Shown: positions 37,940 through 51,344, counted from the first letter of the whole stretch. The stretch: 59,418 nucleotides of DNA, filler included, from Sphacelaria rigidula (GCA_964200075.2; 8 parts of 8 records of this genome joined end to end with filler, not necessarily neighbours in it); one strand, 5' to 3'. Notes: generated from the letters alone by a model not told the origin. Numbers and translations are program-made.

Positions 37940-38360
37940 CCTTGCCCGTGGCACATTTTTGGCGATACTGTTCAAGGTATTGCATCAGATGAGGTTGTTC
38001 AGTTTGACTTTTGTACGTCGGAAGAAGCAAACTTGACGATACTAACTGCCTGATGGTTTGCTGTATGTTTGTTATCCCGGATGATCTGTCGATTTTCGTT
38101 TGGATGGAATCAACCGGGGCTTGCACTGCCGAGGTTATGGCTAAGTATTTGTGGCAATAGTGCAAGACTTCGGGGGTGCGGCGTGTGTGGGTTAGTGATA
38201 CCGCCACACACTTCAAGAACCAAGTACAAGAACCGCACAGCAGAGCGACGCGCTGGAGGTGCAACACCCATTTGATGTTGCGTATACCCATTGGTCGACT
38301 GGTTCTGAAGCAATGGCCATGTTATAGTTTCGATCGATTGAGATCGTTTGGGTGCTGAAG
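37940..38360 (+). mobile_element. Ty3/Gypsy-type integrase core relic
   Basis: Frameshifted FGDTVQG...DEVVQFDF...FVIPDDLSIFVWME...CTAEVMAKYL...GVRRVWVSDTATHFKNQV...VQHPFDVAY (DDE core layout). Confidence 0.8.
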
Positions 38361-38678
38361 AAAGTACGTAGCTGTCTCTTCGGAATATATTGTTTTCTGT
38401 GCCTGGATTTGTTGCGCAGGAATAACTGAGGTTGACCCGGGCGCTGACAAGTGAATTAGCGTCGGAATATGGCATTTCTTTGTGATTTGGAGCATGCGAA
38501 TTCGCCTTTGTTTTTCGTTCGTTGTTGAGCTCGTTCGTTTGTCTTGAACTCGCTTTGGGGGCGCTGTAGCCAAAATATACCAAGGTATAGGAAGCGTAGC
38601 ATGTACGATCCTGGATGATGACCATGGGACAGGGGCATCCTGTGGATGATGAGCCTTGCTGTGTAGCCCATGCCTGAC

Positions 38679-38889
38679 TGTAATGCGTGAGAGGACCGCG
38701 TGTGTAGAGGACCGCGCCGTAGTCCAAAACACCCCAGGATCGACGTTTTTTGAAACCAATCGGGCCAGTCCCTGCAGGAACCACGCCCCTGACCCTAACC
38801 CTAACACTAACCCTAACCCTAACCCCAGCCATACGGATATTCAAATTCAGATGCGGTCCTCTAAGCACGCGGTCCTCTCACGCATGACT
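38679..38889. mobile_element. TG...CA long-TIR MITE with (CCCTAA)n core, copy 1
   Basis: TIR TGTAATGCGTGAGAGGACCGCGTG.../...CACGCGGTCCTCTCACGCATGAC; 5-bp TSD CTGAC. Confidence 0.85.
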
Positions 38890-40761
38890 CTGACGATACG
38901 GGCCGCAGCTGTTTACTCCGTGATAGTAACAAGTGAGAAGAAGGGCTTGTTGAGCACAAGGCCAGTGCTACTGGAGGAGTCCCTCGATGATAGTCCTCTT
39001 GTCCAGATCGTCTGGCAGAGTCTACAGATCACGTGCTATGTGATAATGATTGGCAGTTACTGGGTTACTGTTTCTGGGTAGAGGCCGGCGGGTTCTAGAA
39101 ACGTGCATATCGGGCGAATGTTTGAGCCGCATGTGGATCAACCACCAGCCAACTGAAGCCTATGTACGTTTTACAAGTGCGTCTCTGGTCGCTATCTTGT
39201 TTGATGGCGTGGACATATAAACGTGGAACGATCCGATATACCCGTATTTACGAGACTGAAGTAAGCTCGTTTGGATTTGAGTTGGATCATGACTTGGATG
39301 AAGACATGTTTTTGGGTCGGGATATCTCGCACCACCCCTTCGCCTCACTCTCTCGTTTGGCCTTGGATTGTACAGTACAGTAGAGGTTAATCAAACACCA
39401 TTTCTGCGTCTGAAACTCCACTGCGCCGTCAACTGTCTTCGGCCTCGGTGACTGAGCCTCAGGAATAAGGAGAATGAGTAAGCTCTCTCCTGAGTGTACC
39501 ATAACCCTTTCACTACTCTGCTCATTTCTTATTCGTGCATGTTTTGTAGAAAGCAACGGTTCCCTGAAAATATATCAACTACAGCAAGCAGATAAAGAGA
39601 GTGTACTTGATCCTAGGTCGTTGCCATCCTCTCTGCCTCCAGCAGCTAGGGTGACAATCCCATTATCACTTGACACACGTGAGATCGCCGAATACTGCGG
39701 GGTGCCGACAACCCAGAGTCCCTGGAGTACTTTCGACAGTCCACACCCTGGGTACCATGATTATCCAATGAGCAGTTTTGGCAGTCCGTAACCTTTGTAC
39801 TCTGTAATAAAACTGATCATTTTCAGTAATCGTCACCCTACATACACCGGAATACACAAGGGGCGCGGCCCGTACACACGCCATAGATTGATCCATAGAG
39901 CTCTATAATATCATACAGGAGCGTGCTCTGTCGAGAGCAGAGGCAGCGAGTGCTCCTCTCTGCTCAATCCACGCCACAGAAAGCGTAATCGTAGCCGTCG
40001 TCTCGCGGCGCACTACCTTCACAGACGTGCACTATCCACACGCCACACTGATCAATGTACCCACAAGAACCGCGCAGTCTCCGCCATATAAAGCACGTGT
40101 GCAAACGAAATCAGGAGAAAGTATGCGCGTTAGCAAAAATCAACGGCCCGATCGAAGTACCGCCCAGTATACGCTTGTCTAGAACCGACCATAGAAGGAC
40201 CCTTAGGAACCTCCTTCGCCCGCCCTTGATTCCTTCTTTTCGAGAAAACGAGAGCGGGAGAACGCACGACGTACCCCGACGTAAAGTATTTCCTCGAGAC
40301 AAGGAGCAGTGCAGCGTTCGCTCCTCCCGTAAACAGTCCTTCGACATCGATACCATGAACACGAAGTCCTTCCTACATGTAGGCGAAGTACCTCATATGC
40401 TGCATTGGGTAGAAATGTTGCTACTGTACCTACTCAACGTGAAATAAAGACCGGAACTCGCAGTCACCCTGCCAAGCCCATCCACACCACGTACGGTTTC
40501 AACACCAAGCCTGGGTTCGAATGGGGCCCATGATATGTGCCAAAGTCCTATATATCCTGGAAAAAGTGACAGATAGCTGTCTATTATCCTATTGCTGTGC
40601 CACACTGCATCTCAGCATGTAGAGGTTAAGCAACAACTCGACAACAATTCCACTCAACAGTATCATATGTGTTGATCACTCAGCATGCGCGTACATATAT
40701 TTATGTGTATGTGTTTCGCGTCTCCTTCGCAACACCGTCGCCATTTTAGCGGCTGGTTAAC

Positions 40762-41015
40762 CTTGCTTCCGCGGCTTCGGTCACCATTGCCATCGCCCCC
40801 GCCGATACCGGAGTCTGAGCAATCACCGCCATAAGAGCTTCCGCCCTAGTCATGCGAATCCGAAGAGTCGCTGGACCCACCACCACTGCTAGAGCTGTGG
40901 CCACCACCCCCGCCGTCACCAGAGTCAGAGGAATCACTGGAGTCAGAGGAACCACTGGAGTCAGAGGAACCACTGGAGTCAGAGCTGCCACCACCGCCGC
41001 CGCCTTCACCAGAAT
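40762..41015 (-). pseudogene. Gly/Ser/Asp-rich exon-like relic containing an 18-bp tandem repeat
   Basis: CTGCAG|DSGEGGGGGGSSDSSGSSDSSGSSDSSDSSDSGDGGGG...; in-frame TAG at 40846-40848, with the same composition continuing after it. Confidence 0.45.
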
Positions 41016-41982
41016 CTGCAGTAAGCACATGCACAAAGTGCCGAAGACATGACGTTTTGAGATCGACACAAGTGCTGGCAAATGTTTCGACTCCAATAAT
41101 ATCGGCTTGTTGGGTAGTTGTAAGTGTATCAGTCACCACATTATGTCGACCTTTTTAGTGCCCCATGTACCGTCAGGAGCTGGGCAACAGCAGGTTTCGA
41201 CCAACGTTGATTGATCGGTCGATTTAGTTTGGATATACCCAAGACAAACAAACCGCAGAGACTGGCTGAACGAAATTCGTGAGACGGTACAGACAGAGGA
41301 AGGTGAAAGGAACAGAGAATACGACGAGAAACATGACACAAACAAGTGAAACATAGTAACATAAGAGAGAACAAAGAAATGAAAAGGTGAGTGATACGGA
41401 AGAGGGATACACAAACAAAAGCAGATTTAGATTCAGCGCCGGTACCGATGGAACAAAGAATAGAAACAGTACTACGGTAGTGGGCGGTCTAACCATTCAT
41501 TTTGTGGCATTTCGTGATTTTTCGTAATTGGCGGTTTTCTTGGGCTCTTTTCTCTTGCCACCGCCTATCAGTTCGGGGATCTGAAGATACTTGTACCCGC
41601 TCTTCATTCCGAGAAAAAAATATATCTGTACTCAATATTGAGTGACTCACGGCCTGACCGGTCGTCGGGGGCCCTGCCACGTTTCAGCCCAGGTTCTTAC
41701 TCTTCGGTATTTTCGGTCCATCGAGCTCGTCCTGATCATATTTGGAAAGAAATGTCCAGTTTAATTTCTTGGAATTCTGCCTACTCATTGCACTAAGGTC
41801 GACAATCTGTGTTTCACGGTCAATAACACCCTCCTGATGAACGGGGTATTCCTCGTTTCGCCCGATAACACCAACATACACTAACTTGGGCACTGTGTTC
41901 CGAGGATGTTGTGTTGTGTTGTACGTGCATTTACCGACGCTAGCAATTTCGACTTCTATCGAACAGTAGTACGCGAGGAAAA

Positions 41983-42053
41983 CTAACCCTAACCATAGGG
42001 ATGTTCAAATTCCGATGCGGTCCTCTAAGCACGCGGTCCTCTCACGCATGACA
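41983..42053. mobile_element. TG...CA MITE, copy 2 (right half only)
   Basis: CTAACCCTAACC...GCGGTCCTCTAAGCACGCGGTCCTCTCACGCATGACA. Confidence 0.8.
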
Positions 42054-42397
42054 GTAAGCACGAGACAAAACAACGGGCGGGCTCTGTTGCATGGGTTCAA
42101 ATGGGATTGTCTTCCAAGAACGAAATCAGCGTGGAAGCAGATCGCGGATCAGCTTCTCGGGAACCACATTGGCATCGAGAAACGTGGAAGTGATGAAGTT
42201 CAATCACCGGCGGGTTGTTCGGCGCAATGTGCCGTTCGTCACTGGTATCAGGAGAGTTGTGCAGAGAAAAAAGCAACCATCATAATGACCTGGGCTCATA
42301 CCCAGTAGGTTGACGTCACATTGCCCTGTTCGCCCCATCATGGGATGAGCAGAGCTCAGGACGACTGCGTGGATTTTTCGTGTACGCTGGTTGCTGC

Positions 42398-42608
42398 TGT
42401 AATGCGTGAGAGGACCGCGTGCTTAGAGGACCGCCCCGTAGTTCAAAACACCTCAGGATCGACGTTTTCCAAAACCAATCGAGCTAGTCCCTGGGGGTAC
42501 CACGCCCCTGACCCTGACCCTAACCGTAGTTCTAACCCTAACCATGACCATAGGGGTGTTCAAATTCCGATGCGGTCCTATAAGCACTCGGTCCTCTCAC
42601 GCATTACA
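42398..42608. mobile_element. TG...CA MITE, copy 3
   Basis: Full TIRs; 5-bp TSD GCTGC on both sides. Confidence 0.88.
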
Positions 42609-43510
42609 GCTGCTTTGCTTTTTTTTGTCCGGTCGTGATTCGCAACAGAAGGGTGTCTTGGGCGTTTGCCCGTCGCCCGGTGTCCAGGGCCAGTGCCCGA
42701 ACGATGCGAACTACGAACATGCGCCCGAGCACATGTCAAATGGTTGATTGGCCTCTCGTCTCGTCAGTCGCGTACAAGCTTGGTCGGCTCAATTGAATAG
42801 CCAACATCGCCACGAGCGCGAATGGAATCATTTCCTCCGAGGTAGGGCTTGGCATTAAGACAGATTACTTGACACGTCTTGGATTGGCCGCATATCAGTT
42901 GGTCCTCCCTCGTTCCAACTAACTTTGTCGTACTTGTACGTCTCTCCGGAAAAACAACAAAAAATCAGGGGCTGGGCGGAATATGTCGACGAGAACCATT
43001 TACATACCACGTGTCGGGTAAACCTACCCATTGTGTTGTTTTTTGCCGTTCGTCCTATTCGTTTCTGGGACGCGTTTTGGTGTCTACTAGTGGAACCAGC
43101 CCGTGTCGAGTTTCTGCTGCAGTACATTCGAACGACGATGAATCGCCTTCCCCGCTTTTTTCTCGCCTCCGGAGTTACACACTGAGAAAGTTTGGAAGAA
43201 TCTCAATGATTACCATGGGAAGGTTCTAGGAGCCTGATATATAGCGCTGGTACCAACTTGTTGGAATGTTGAGCTTGATAAGTGCGCTTGACCGCCCTGA
43301 CTCACCGACTCCAGCAATACCTTCCTGTTGCCGTTACTCAGGGGCATTCAAGATATTTGACCACTTTACACACCATGCGGTTTACCTTGCTGGCATAGAT
43401 CGCACACCCCTTTCCAGCGAATTATCGATATTGAGGATGGAGCTTTTCATTGACGATGAAAGCCCGGAGAGTTCAAATCTTTGTATGCACACCAAATCTT
43501 CGAACGATGG

Positions 43511-43702
43511 TGTAATGCATGAGAGGACAGCGTGCTGAGACGACCGCATCGTAGCTCAAAACACGTCAGGATCGACGTTTTCCAAACCAATCGGGCCAGT
43601 CCCTGCAGGGACCACACCCCTGACCCCAACCCCAACACTAACCATAGAGGGGCGTCAATTCCGATGCGGTCCTTTAAGCACGCGGTCCTCTCACGCATGA
43701 CA
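43511..43702. mobile_element. TG...CA MITE, copy 4
   Basis: Full TIRs; inserted in a relic of the 54265-54681 MITE family; TSD degenerate. Confidence 0.82.
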
Positions 43703-43791
43703 ATAGTTTCGTTCCAGCACCACCTACTCGTAGCTATTGCCAACTACTGCGCGCCATACGAGTTTGAATTTCGATGACCGAAATGTGGGGG

Positions 43792-43978
43792 TGTAATGTG
43801 TGAGAGGACCGCGTGCTTAGATGACCGCGTCGTGGTTCAAAACACGCCAGGATCGACCGTTTTTGGAACTATTCGAGCCAGTCCCTGCAGGGACCACGAC
43901 CCTGACCCTAACCCTGACAACGGGGATGTTCAAACTCCGATGCGATCCTCAAAGCACGCGGTCCTCTCACGCATTAGA
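43792..43978. mobile_element. TG...CA MITE, copy 5
   Basis: Full TIRs; TSD degenerate. Confidence 0.82.
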
Positions 43979-44004
43979 GGGAAATGTACCAATTAAGATA
44001 CAGA

Positions 44005-44540
44005 GCCAAATAAGATACAAGTTTTTTCAATCGTTCATATCTCCGCCAAATATTAACCGTTTTCCGTTCTGTTTTTTTTTGCGTGTGCACAAGAGCACGG
44101 TGCTTTGTATGAGCTATTGTATGTGTCTCAAGCATCCGATTACGTAGTCTTACAGCACTGCGAGTAAGCGCGTATGTGTCATCCTCCAAAATCAGCTTTT
44201 TGGTCGATCGGCTGCTAAGCATGCAGAGAGCAGAACGTGCAGCACAGGCCGTATAAGCGGTACACAGCGGTCGTCCTAGCTTCCGTGCTGCAGCTACGAC
44301 CTTTGACATCTCCGTCGGTGCACTTCAGAAGCGTATGAGTGGTAGCGTGGGCATAGCTGGCAGGGGTGTTCCACACACTGCACTGACGACCGAGAACGAA
44401 CACTTCATCAAAAATACGCTCAAGTTTGCCAAGATACAAGTTCTTTCAATCGTCCATAACTCCGCGAAATATTGATCGTTTTCCATTCTGTCTTTTGCTG
44501 CGTGTGCACAAAAGCACGGCGCTTTGTTAGAGCTACAGCA
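44005..44540. repeat. Diverged ~110-bp direct repeat pair (~44005-44120 / ~44427-44540)
   Basis: AAGATACAAGTT..TTCAATCGT...GCGTGTGCACAA.AGCACGG.GCTTTGT occurs twice. Confidence 0.8.
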
Positions 44541-44640
44541 NNNNNNNNNNNNNNNNNNNNNNNNNNNNNNNNNNNNNNNNNNNNTTAATTAATTAANNNN
44601 NNNNNNNNNNNNNNNNNNNNNNNNNNNNNNNNNNNNNNNN
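44541..44640. other. Artificial contig linker
   Basis: Same 100-bp spacer. Confidence 0.98.
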
Positions 44641-46018
44641 GTTGGTCTGCAGTTCACAGCGATATGCTCGAGTCGAGCCAATTTGGTGAACTTGACGAGT
44701 TATTGTTGGAGATGCAAATGCGGGATATACTGCTGGCCCAGCTCGTACGCCGCTGGCCAAAACACCAGATAACACCCCCATGAGGTGCGTGGGGGGGAAG
44801 AAACCATTCCATCCCCTGGGTGCGACCAGATGGGCTCGGAAGTCATAATCATGGGGTGTAGGCAATCTCTTGATGCATCTCCAGATGCCATAGGCATCGT
44901 CGTGCGTAACTCGCAGGCTAAAACGGTTGATGCCACCCTCCGCGAGGGCATTTGCCGAGGGGGAAGTGTTGATTTTGTCGTCGGGGGTACGGTTCTCTTC
45001 CGTTTCTTCCCGCTTATGAATACTTCGACATTGGTCTGCATTAGGGCAAAACAGAAAATAACGACCCCCTCGATACGGTAGATATCAACCGCCGGGGACG
45101 GTCATTTTCGTCCCCTCTCCCGCCGAAACGTACACCCCGAGGCCAATCCAACTTTACCTATGTTGGTGTTTCACTATTATAGTGCCTGTCAGGTGTCAAA
45201 AATTGGGGTGTTGGAAAGTTATGCATTGCATTGAACCCGACCAGGAAACAAAAGTGACCTAAGTGATCGTTTTGCTACACGAGGTTTCGAAGTGCGAGGA
45301 TGAGAGACGGGCAGCAAACCATGCTGTGGCCTTGGTGACTGTTCGTCGCAACGCGCCACGCGAGTATTATCACACCCATAGTGCTCAGCATAAGCTGTGT
45401 TGATCTCTAGCAGCGCCGTGCAGCGGGAGGTGTCGTTACCGATGTTGAAAGTTTTGAGTACCGGTTCAACGTGACTCAGAAAAAGAGCAGATTCCTCATG
45501 ATTCCTCGTGCTTCTGCACAGAAACAGGCGTTACACGGGAGATGACACCCCAGGGTCGCGATTTGACACAAAGTTCTTCAATTAATCCTGCATGCTCGCA
45601 TGTACACTCCGTGCTGTTGATGGAAAAAATCGGCGTGGTCTCGACTTGTTGAGCTCATACTGAACCACCCTGTCGGACTGTGGAGCGGAACGACGTCGAG
45701 TTTTCGATTCTCCCATGCGGCACGCCGTCTTAAGTCCAGGCGCTCTCACCAATTCTCGCGTCTAAATGTTGACCAAAATCGCGGTTTATTAGTTTGGCAA
45801 GGGTCGAATGAGTCATTCCTGCTTCGAATCACCAAATCTACGATTTCTCAGACCTGATGGCCTCAACGAAGGCAAATACATCGATACGTGGCGGATCAAA
45901 CCAATCACTACGCATTTTTTTGCGCTCTTCCACACGCCTGAGGTGTACTTACACCTGGGGTGCAACGCTGACAACAAAGCACAAGGACTGGCTCGTACGG
46001 GACGAATCAGTTGCACTA

Positions 46019-47376
46019 CGAGCTGGGCCAGCCTAAAAACGGATTTAAGCTCTCCAAGCGATATCTCAACGACACAGGCGAGTTGGGCCGTGGTCCGTAT
46101 ATCGTATTAATGGTCTAATCATTGGGAAGGTGTCAATCTGCTCAAAAATCTGGGCCGATTTTTCCTCGTTGATTAAACCCCATGTCTAGTCATTCCTATA
46201 CCTAGCGGAGATAGCGTCCACACTAAAATCTATATGAAACCCCGAACGATCGATCAAGCGGATGATGACGATTTTTGGTGTGGACATTCCCTGGAGCATG
46301 GGGAGACGATAGATATCCTCACCTTCACCTAATTCGTTATTTATCTCGAGATATGGCGCACATGAGGTTCAATACTAAAATCAGTATATTACGAGCAGAG
46401 GCACTAGATGTGTTCACTGGGGATGAATGCGTGTAAACCACTCTGGGCGATCACCCGTTGACCGCTAGCAGTCTATCTGAGCTTGGGTCTGCCTCAAATG
46501 CAACTGGCCGTACACCACGTTGTGTACTGATTCTTGTGTACCGTTGCCCCTAATGAAAGTATTCTGGAGCGCACCCCAAAAATCTGGATATCGCGTCTCA
46601 GTTTTTGAGAGTTGTGCTATGGAACTTGGTATGGAGAACCGATGGTGCATAATGAAATCAAAACACGGCTGTTTTTTTTTCTTCTTTTCATCTTTCTTAA
46701 TCTTTTTCCGTGTTTTTAGGGGAGTTTTGAGGAGATATGAACATTGCTCTTGGACTATCTCAATTTTTCAGCTCAGTTTTCACAATTGTGATTTGAAACT
46801 TGGCATGGAGAACGACAGAGGTGTGCTGAGTAAAAAACAAAAATGGGCCTTCATTTTTTGCAGTTTTTGATGAGAGGTTCGGGCGTTCTCGCATAAAAAT
46901 GGTCGTTACCATACTAAAACGCCCTCAATCAGTGAAAAGTAAAAATAAAAACCAATCTCACCCATTGTTCTTGGTTCATCATGGCCTAGCGAGGTCCCGC
47001 ACAAAGTCTCAACACACAAACACCAAACGTGGGCCGATAAACGGCCTGCAAAATACTGTTCCGAATTCACGCCGGCCCGGTTTTTCAAAGGTAAATTGGC
47101 TTTTTTTTTTCTTTGAGTTGGACAGTGGAATTTGGTATGGACAATCAACAGGGCATGAAGAAAAGCTGTCTGTGAGGTCTCGAAGTTTTTTTTTCATGAG
47201 TTGAGGGCAATGGGTTAAAATGCCCTTAACTCAAAAAAAAAAAAACTTCGGGACCTCACAGACAGCTTTTCTTCCCGCCCTGTTGATTGTCCATACCTAA
47301 TTTCACTGTCTTACTCCAAGAAAAAAAATGCGAATTTGCCTGCAAAGTGCAGATCCTTCAAGGCTGGCCAAGCCTG
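46019..47376. mobile_element. Non-autonomous TA-flanked (Tc1/mariner-like) element, apparently full length
   Basis: Left TA|CGAGCTGGGCCAGCCT; degenerate right end AGGCTGGCCAAGCCTG|TG; contains a ~170-bp segment absent from the 36266 copy. Confidence 0.7.
47089..47341. repeat. Long palindrome, ~120-bp arms, ~10-nt loop
   Basis: GGTATGGACAATCAACAGGGC..GAAGAAAAGCTGTCTGTGAGGTC mirrored by GACCTCACAGACAGCTTTTCTTC..GCCCTGTTGATTGTCCATACC. Confidence 0.9.
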
Positions 47377-48600
47377 TGAAATCAATGAATTATCACACGA
47401 ATCATGATGATTCCAGCGGCCCTTGAAATTTGGCGCTCACCGTCAAAGCTTCACGGTATCAACGTCTACCAGCTTTACATCAGTTGAATCTCTTTGAATC
47501 AATCCACTTTAGTTGAAGCTGAAGGAACGAGTGTGCGGATGGGGGGTGAGCTCACGATTGCCGTAGGTGGCCGTTTTGCACTGCCCCCGGTATAAACAAA
47601 CGTCCGATCACTCGCGTGATTTCTGTCGTGAAATTGGTTGTATCGTCATTATCTTCCTCGATTGCAACACATGTGGAATATATAGGAATATAAACCTCCA
47701 CGATGATGGTCCTTGTCGGGCAAGAACCTAGTATTAGTCATTATCCGACATTTAAAAAATGAACTTTTGTGACGTAATTAGGGCACCTGTGCGCGATGTA
47801 TGCATGTCAGTTCCATATTCTCACTACAAGTAAAGATACCTTAAAACTCGAGCTTCCCGGTATATTCGTCCAAAAGTTGGGGAATTACTGGGATATAAGT
47901 TTGAGATACCTCGAAGGACACGTCGAACAAAATCAGGGAAATTTTCAGCCGGATTTTTGACAAAGATCCTCCTAGGTTTATTAGCTTGAGGGGTCCCAGC
48001 AGCCCTACAAAACAGCGTCCATTTTCATAGTTTCACCAATTGCGGAGAAACTTCGCGTGGCCACGTCACTTGTTTCCAATCTAACGGTTGGAAGTCGAAA
48101 TAACTTCGACCTTTCCTCAAATATAAACCGGGAAAGGAATGTCACGCAAGGCATCCCTCTAGGAATTTTTAGCCGGATCTTGGGCATAAACCCTTCCCGG
48201 TTTTATAATCCGTAGGGCACTTTTCAGCCCAAGAGATTGTAAACCGGCAATGACTTTCATCTTTTTTAGAACCTCCGCCCTCCGCTCTCAGGAGCTCAAG
48301 TTTTTTTTTTCATCTCCGCTCTCTGCTTGCCAGTGTTGAACCGAAACACACCATACCATTTCGACCGAAGACTCCGCTGCCTTGGTGGCATATGCGGGAT
48401 GACTGCCAAGACTTTGGGCAAGAGAATTTTGGGGGGTGTCGGCGGCCATGACGTTGCTGGGTGTAAAACGCCAGTTTACAAACGTCTCAGGTCTCCGCAG
48501 TCAGCCAGCCTACCGTACCCTGGTGTATGAGGTTTAGCCTGCACTTAGCCAATGGTCTGTTCGTTCCACCCGTTGGGACTAAGGTCGGCGCTTGTGTTAA

Positions 48601-49620
48601 CCCGTTTGGGACCGAATCCCCACCAACACAGGGTTGACCCGTGTTGGTGAAATAATAAAAATTAAGTCTTCGAGCGACCTACCCAATCACGGCGAAGCGA
48701 AATTTATCGACCAGACCCGAACGACCAGCGCGGGGATTGTTGTCGNNNNNNNNNNGGGGCCCTATCCCTGGCCCAGATAAACCTTCCCAGGTTTCGAAGT
48801 GCAGGGTGGTCGTAGCTTGGTTTTATGGTATCACTTGCACCCAGTATACCGTTCCCGAGTTTTTCCGGAGTGTTTTTTGGGTCCCAATTCCATACTGAAA
48901 CGTATTAATTTACAAACACAGGGTGGACCGGGAAAAACCGGGAAGGAGTGTACATGGTACCATGTGGTCATTTTCACGAGGAACAAAATCCAGGTGGGCT
49001 GTGGAAAGACAGGAGGAGCTGCCGTGATGAATTCTGCGTATCCCTCTGCCGATGACTTGCAGTATGCAGTCCACATGTATGTAGTGGACGGGGATGACAA
49101 AGCTATATATAGGTGCTGATTCCGGTAGCTGAGAATTGCCCAGAACGTGCAAGGGAGTATGCAGCGGCAGTTATTGCTTCAGTTGGAGAGGCGTACTAGA
49201 CTGTACTGTACTATCATGTACTGTTGCATGAATGCGCGCCCCAACGCTGATATCCTCCGAAGAGAATTTGCCGCATACAACAAGCGGGGAAATGGCGGCC
49301 CACCCCGACCACGAAGGGCTGTGTGGTAAGGTGGTGGGGACAAAAGTATCATCCAAAGCCACGAGTGGCGGGCGGCTCGCCGGTCGCCGCATCTTGTTGA
49401 AAGCTCTCTACCACGACCCATACTGCTTGCTACATCAGATGTACACCACCTAATGCGCACCCTGCACCTGAAATAGATTGGATGAAACTTTCGCTCTTCG
49501 TCACGACCCTGCGGTTACATACGCGGAGTTTCAGCAACACGCCACTGTTTCGTGCAGACGCCAGACACGCCATTCCTGACCAGCCTCATTAATAGTTCTG
49601 GAGGCCCGGTCCCAAAAGGA
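48601..49620 (+). mobile_element. Non-autonomous piggyBac-type element (~1020 bp)
   Basis: TTAA|CCCGTTTGGGACCG ... CCGGTCCCAAAAGGA|TTAA; colinear with the reverse complement of 31391-32440. Confidence 0.88.
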
Positions 49621-51344
49621 TTAAGCAATCTGTACCCTCCCCTCATATGCCTATGCATACCGCACACGGTTGCTGTATCCTCTCAAATACTCTGCTACCG
49701 ATATTACAGTACGTTCTGTAGTGTGCTCTCCGCGAGAGTATTGACACTGGCTCTCTGCTGCAGTGTGTTGTTGCCTATACTGAGCCACGAAACGGGCAAA
49801 ATTCGCAAGTTGCCGGGGCATAGTGTTGACACTAGCTATTCATAGTTTGTACTTTTTTATCGATGTCGTACCGAAATACACTTCGGTCAACTATGTAGAC
49901 GTTCAATCGACCCGAAAATGGCGGTTTCGTTTATCCGGTTCCGTTTTCCGATTGCAGTTCGTCTAAGGGATTCTGTGGACAAAAGCAGAAATGGATATCG
50001 AAATAAAAGGACGAAATCGAAATCGATATCGAATGTATCAGCAGCAAAAATGCTTCAGAGATGTCCGAGACCATGGCCCATAGCGACCACCTGTAGCACA
50101 CCAGGTGACACATCACAGCCGATCCCAGGGGTTCGAACACTCACCAAGAGAATTGTACTGCTAGTCAAGGCAGAAGTAGATAGCCTCCGCGATCGGTCTC
50201 ATTCAACCGCACATGCTGTGCTCATTTCAGCTTCGCTCCGCCGAAAAGTACGTTAGGGGTGGTGGAAGTGAATTTTGAATTTTCGGAGGGTGCGTTTGCC
50301 GATCTGGGGGAAAATATGACGTGAGGAAACGGCCTCAGACTCCTCGTTGTTCAACGATGTTGCGGAAGTTACGATAGGCATTATCGATTCAGCCGAACTT
50401 GCGACCAGAATCAATCATCCGAAACGTACCCGAACTAGAATATTCCCACTGGTGACAACCCATGCACGGAGCAAGCGAACTGAGCGTGCCATGGTTTTTA
50501 CACTGTACCGCTACGTCGGCTAAGCCTGGTACCAAGTCGCCATATGAGATGTGACACGGGTCGCCAACGGACAGTAGTTCCCATCCCTTTGTTGAAAGCT
50601 TGATTTTGCAATGTGAAAAAGACAAACGTGGTGCCACAACTGACACTCTGAGCCGGGAAAAAACAAACATTTTGCTGTTGCTGCCCGCTCAACACGGGAG
50701 GGATCGTTCAACGGGCCTTGTTTTTCACCGGAGTAGGCCATCAGTGGGTGCAATTTTTTTTTGCAGGTGTCCGTACCCGATATTGCATGTCTCGAAATGT
50801 CCTCACAGGTTTGCATCTATTTTGGTTGCGTCTCGGAACCATCTGACACGCACTGGAGACCATGCGTGCTTTTTGCGCCGTTTTTCGATAAAAAGCGCTC
50901 ATCCTTTCGATTCCAGGCATGCTTCGGTTTTTACCGACGTTCCGGGAAGTCGAAAGCCGTTTATTCGCCGTCCAGAGCGGCACCCTACCCAATCACGGCG
51001 CACAGGTTTCCTCGATATTTTGATTTTCGATTTTGATTCTCGATTTTTCCATTATTTGTCAACTTTCTTCTCTCTGTTTCACTCAATTGATCAAACATGT
51101 ATTTCATTTATTTATTGTGTCAGGGTTTACACCTCTCCCGTTCTTCGGGACGAGTCCATGGTCTCAAGGGATCAGCCCGTCTCTCCCCGGTACACGCCTT
51201 GCATTTTGGTCTAGCGGATTGGATCATGACCAGCACTCCCGCACCGCGTCAACTCACGGCAAACGAACTCAGTCAACTACTTTTTATTTACTTACGTTCT
51301 CACGCTTTCCACGGTGGAAATCAGATACTACGAAGAAGAAACCT

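Noticed and set aside
40100..40560. Copia integrase relic (LWHISWAPFEPRLG)
   Set aside because: The resemblance is too faint to support by eye
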